64,000 nucleotides of DNA. Origin: Podarcis tiliguerta (taxonomy: Eukaryota). The notes beneath the pieces were generated by a model, which was not told the DNA's origin, ran no database searches, and saw nothing but the letters and a program-made list of their open reading frames with translations. Below, in pieces: positions 60,708 to 64,000 of the stretch. Position 1 is the first letter of the stretch, and the number at the start of each line of letters is the position of its first letter. Position numbers and translations under genes: made by a program. The stretch lies in NCBI GenBank assembly GCA_965153285.1, contig OZ229111.1; one strand, given 5' to 3'.

Positions 60708-63700
60708 GAGATAATTTTTGGAAAGAATTTGACATTTGATATTTCAGAGAAAGCACTGAAGCATCAAAGCAAACATTAGGGGGAAAACCTGAACTTTCTT
60801 AGACTTCCTTACACTCCATTACACAATTCCCCCCATTTTTCTGTTCTTTTATTGTTACTTATCCTCACCTAAACCAGGAAAGATCCTACTAACATAGATT
60901 AATATAATCTGAGAAAATCAGATCCTGTACTGCAATGTGTTGCACATGAGATACATGCATGTAGATTTCAGCATACGTGTAAGTTTTGTGTCATTTGAAA
61001 AATATAAATTTATTTTACCATTTAGTATTGCTTTTATTTTGAATTATATATGGTGGACACCATAATTTTTTCAGTGCTTATGGCCTTTAAAGGTATTAAT
61101 CTGGCCCTGGAGCGATGGTCCCTCATTTACTTTAACATTTCTATCTTGCTTTTCTTTTTCAAAAGTAGTAATAAGCTACACCACCTTTGGAAATATTTTT
61201 CAAAAATGTCAGTGATAACAATTACATTTTTTTACTGCTCTATTGCTAAAGCATTGAGGATGGCAAAAAAAGTTTTAAATGAGACAAGCCTAGTATGTAT
61301 TAAAATCAGACCTTACTCCCATCCCTTGATTATCTTGAACACAAAGTTCTTTAAAAAGCGGGGGCGGGAGAGAAAAAGTGATAAAATACTTAAGTAAATT
61401 GAAGTCGAGTAAATCTGAGGGAGTCTGTGTGTCTTGGGAGGTCAAAGGATCAAAAGGCTACTGTCAGATGCTCAATGAGTATAAGAAACAAATCAGTTTA
61501 AAGTGCAAATAGTATACAGGTCAGATGTGGGAAGCAAAGTGTTGCTGAAATCACCAGACCAGATGTACTTGAAAAGCAACATTATTTGTTACACCAACAG
61601 CACTGTTGCCAGAGGCTGGAAACTGGTTTGGATCCTGTTTTATTAGTGAGGCAAACAATAGATGTTTTATATAATTCCCATAATGTTCCTCCCACATCTC
61701 TCACCCCACCTTTGAAATTAACCATACAAAAAACGAGGCAACGCACCTCTCACCAAGGGGGAAAGAGCCATGGGAATATGAAAAGGGTGTGCAAATGCTA
61801 ATTGTGCTGTAGTTGTTACATTTATTCTGAAGCCACACAAGACAGTGACCAGACACGTAATGACAGCATTCATGATTTTTCCATGATGGAGGCCATGTTC
61901 ATAGATGTATTTTCCTACACACATATGAAAAGGGCCGGGTGTGAAAAGGCTTGTTTTGAACATCAAACTCAGTGAGGTTGCTTAGCTGCTACACTCGATC
62001 AGAATGCAGCTTTACTTGCCCTTCTGCAATGATTAAGATAATGTGCATATCTATGGGTGTGAGTCTATAAACAATGTGAGGAGAAACAACAACAGCAGCA
62101 ACAACAGCAAGTAGGTGTTAGCTTCCCTGTTGAATATATCAACTTGTCCTGCTGGTTTGCCACAGCCTTATGTCTTTCAGACTCTGCCTACACCTTGCCT
62201 TCCAAATCTCTGATGGAGCAGATTACATTAGGTGAGTTAGAACTGCCCGTTTCCATCCAGCTCAGCTCTGCATTTGCTCAAATGACAAAAGAAATATTCT
62301 CTACACTTGGTTTACTGTAAAACATTATGAAGAAAAGAGGGGAGTAGGGGGAACACTAGAAGGTTTCTGGTGACTGTCATGATGTGTCAACAAAGAATGT
62401 CACAAGTCCTATGGTGGTTGTTCCTCTTCAGTGTCTTCCCTCTAGATTTGTCAGATCTCAGCCTTCAGTCTTGTCTTGACCATTCCAGATAAGGAAAATT
62501 TGTCCGGTTGTTAAAGGGCAGCCTCCCACAAACTGGTTGTAGGATTCCAGCTCCCACCAGCCCCTGCCTACCCACCCAGCAACATTTTGAGGGTCCCAGG
62601 TACCCCACCCCCCGATCTAAGGGGGAAATGAGAAGGATGGCAGAAGGGGGGGTGATGGTGGTACATGCACACTGTATCAGCTCCACCCTCCCATTGTGCA
62701 AATGCAACCTACACAGCCTTTTGACTGTGTATCCATTTCAGGAAGACACCTTACATCTCTCCTTTGCCGAAGTACATTTTACAGCACATTACCTCACAGA
62801 GTTCTTGTGGGGGTGAAAAGGGAGAGGGGGAGACCCATGTATGCTTTGGAGGAAAAGTGGGGTATAAATGTAATGGTAACTAAAATGATAAAAAATGAGA
62901 ATTTTGACAACAGGAGTTACTTGCAAGGAAGTATCATGTTACACAGCTTTAACATAGGATGAGGGAATTGTCACCTTCCGGCGTAAAAGGCTAACAGACT
63001 CCTGGAAGCCCTTGGGTTTATTAATCTAGTTTCCTTGGCATTATTGGGCAATAATACCAAACCTGCTGATTTAAAAGCAAAAACAAATTATCTGTTAGAG
63101 TGATTGTATTTGCACAAAAAGCACCAGTTTGCCCTTCCTTCAGTTTTATATTCTCACACATAGCAGCACAGGCAAACAATAACGCACATCTGTAATGAAT
63201 GCCATATGCAATTATCTGCAGCACCACCTCCACTAATGCCAGAAGTGGCTATTTTAGCAGAGCTCTAAATCTGCTGTCTTCTCCTGCAGCCATTACTGCG
63301 TACTTTGGAGCATATCACGCTAGGTTTTCCATCTTTAAATGACTTCACGCATACTTCATCTGTCTGTAGATGATTATTGGTGGGATTGGTTTTCATCAGA
63401 ATTATGCCTATGCTGCATGCCATTCTTATGGTCTTTAAAAGAAAGGATTCTGTCAATACATCTGGAGAGATCAGAGTTCAAGGGAAAGGGGTTGCTACTG
63501 GCTTATGCCTCTTTAGAGATACAGTGCCAGGTGAATGCATAATGCTTTTAGGTGTAAATGTATCCGTGGCCCTGTTTTTTACTTTACATATTATGACATT
63601 TATACCTGTCCTCTAAAGAAGCTCTTGCCGTCACTGACAAATCCTCTGTGGGCTGAACCAGCCAGATGAAAGCACACTGGGTGGTTATGGGGACAATCGT

Positions 63701-63830
63701 TGTTTGGTTGTTTGGGATGTGTTATGGACTCACGACTCCCCACTCTACATTTCTCCTCCCCTTCCTGGCTTGCTGTAACCATAGTTTGCTGCGGCATCCA
63801 AACACAAACTATGGTTATTGCTAACCATAC

Positions 63831-64000
63831 TGTTACATGCCACCCCAATCTCTGAGCAGTGAGAGATTCCAGGGGTTCGAAGCACTTGCCCAGAGATTGG
63901 TTTCCTCAGAATGAAGGTGAGTGGAGGTTGTGGTGTCTTTAGGATATATAGTTTTTATTTACACATAAATACAACCTGAACATAGGATGGAGGGGCTCAC
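63831..64000 (-). mobile_element. Possible LTR end, cut by the window edge
   Basis: Begins TGTTAC. TTTATT (reverse AATAAA) near 63954-63959, typical spacing for a reverse-oriented LTR. Confidence 0.35.

Noticed and set aside
1-64000. CRISPR arrays, operons, intact tRNA/rRNA genes, intact transposase or RT ORFs
   Set aside because: None seen. This is eukaryotic intron-rich DNA, and the tRNA-like pieces are SINE heads.

Overview
Vertebrate genomic DNA. The SINE/CR1/MITE content points to a squamate reptile, probably a lacertid-like lizard (inference). The window holds most of CPEB4 on the minus strand: a CpG-island promoter (~47.0-48.2 kb), a ~2 kb uORF-rich 5' leader, the 1125-nt first coding exon (IDR), exon 2, the 24-nt neuronal microexon (ARTYGRRR) and five exons ending in RRM1/RRM2. 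All have canonical GT-AG junctions and consistent phases (1911 coding nt, 637 codons). The last exon (ZZ box, 3'UTR) lies left of position 1. Exon numbering follows mammalian CPEB4. I could not find the 51-nt exon 3 (GRLNYSYPGSDSSLLIN) in 12138-31888. The rest is intronic or intergenic DNA with tRNA-derived SINEs, CR1 fragments, Tigger- and hAT-type MITEs, solo LTRs and microsatellites. Best leads: splice sites that could excise most uORFs from the leader, a second CpG island with a strong donor, apparent loss of exon 3, a pre-miRNA-sized hairpin in intron 9, and an unexplained 67-bp duplication on both sides of exon 2. None is proven from sequence alone, and I found no clear new multi-gene system.
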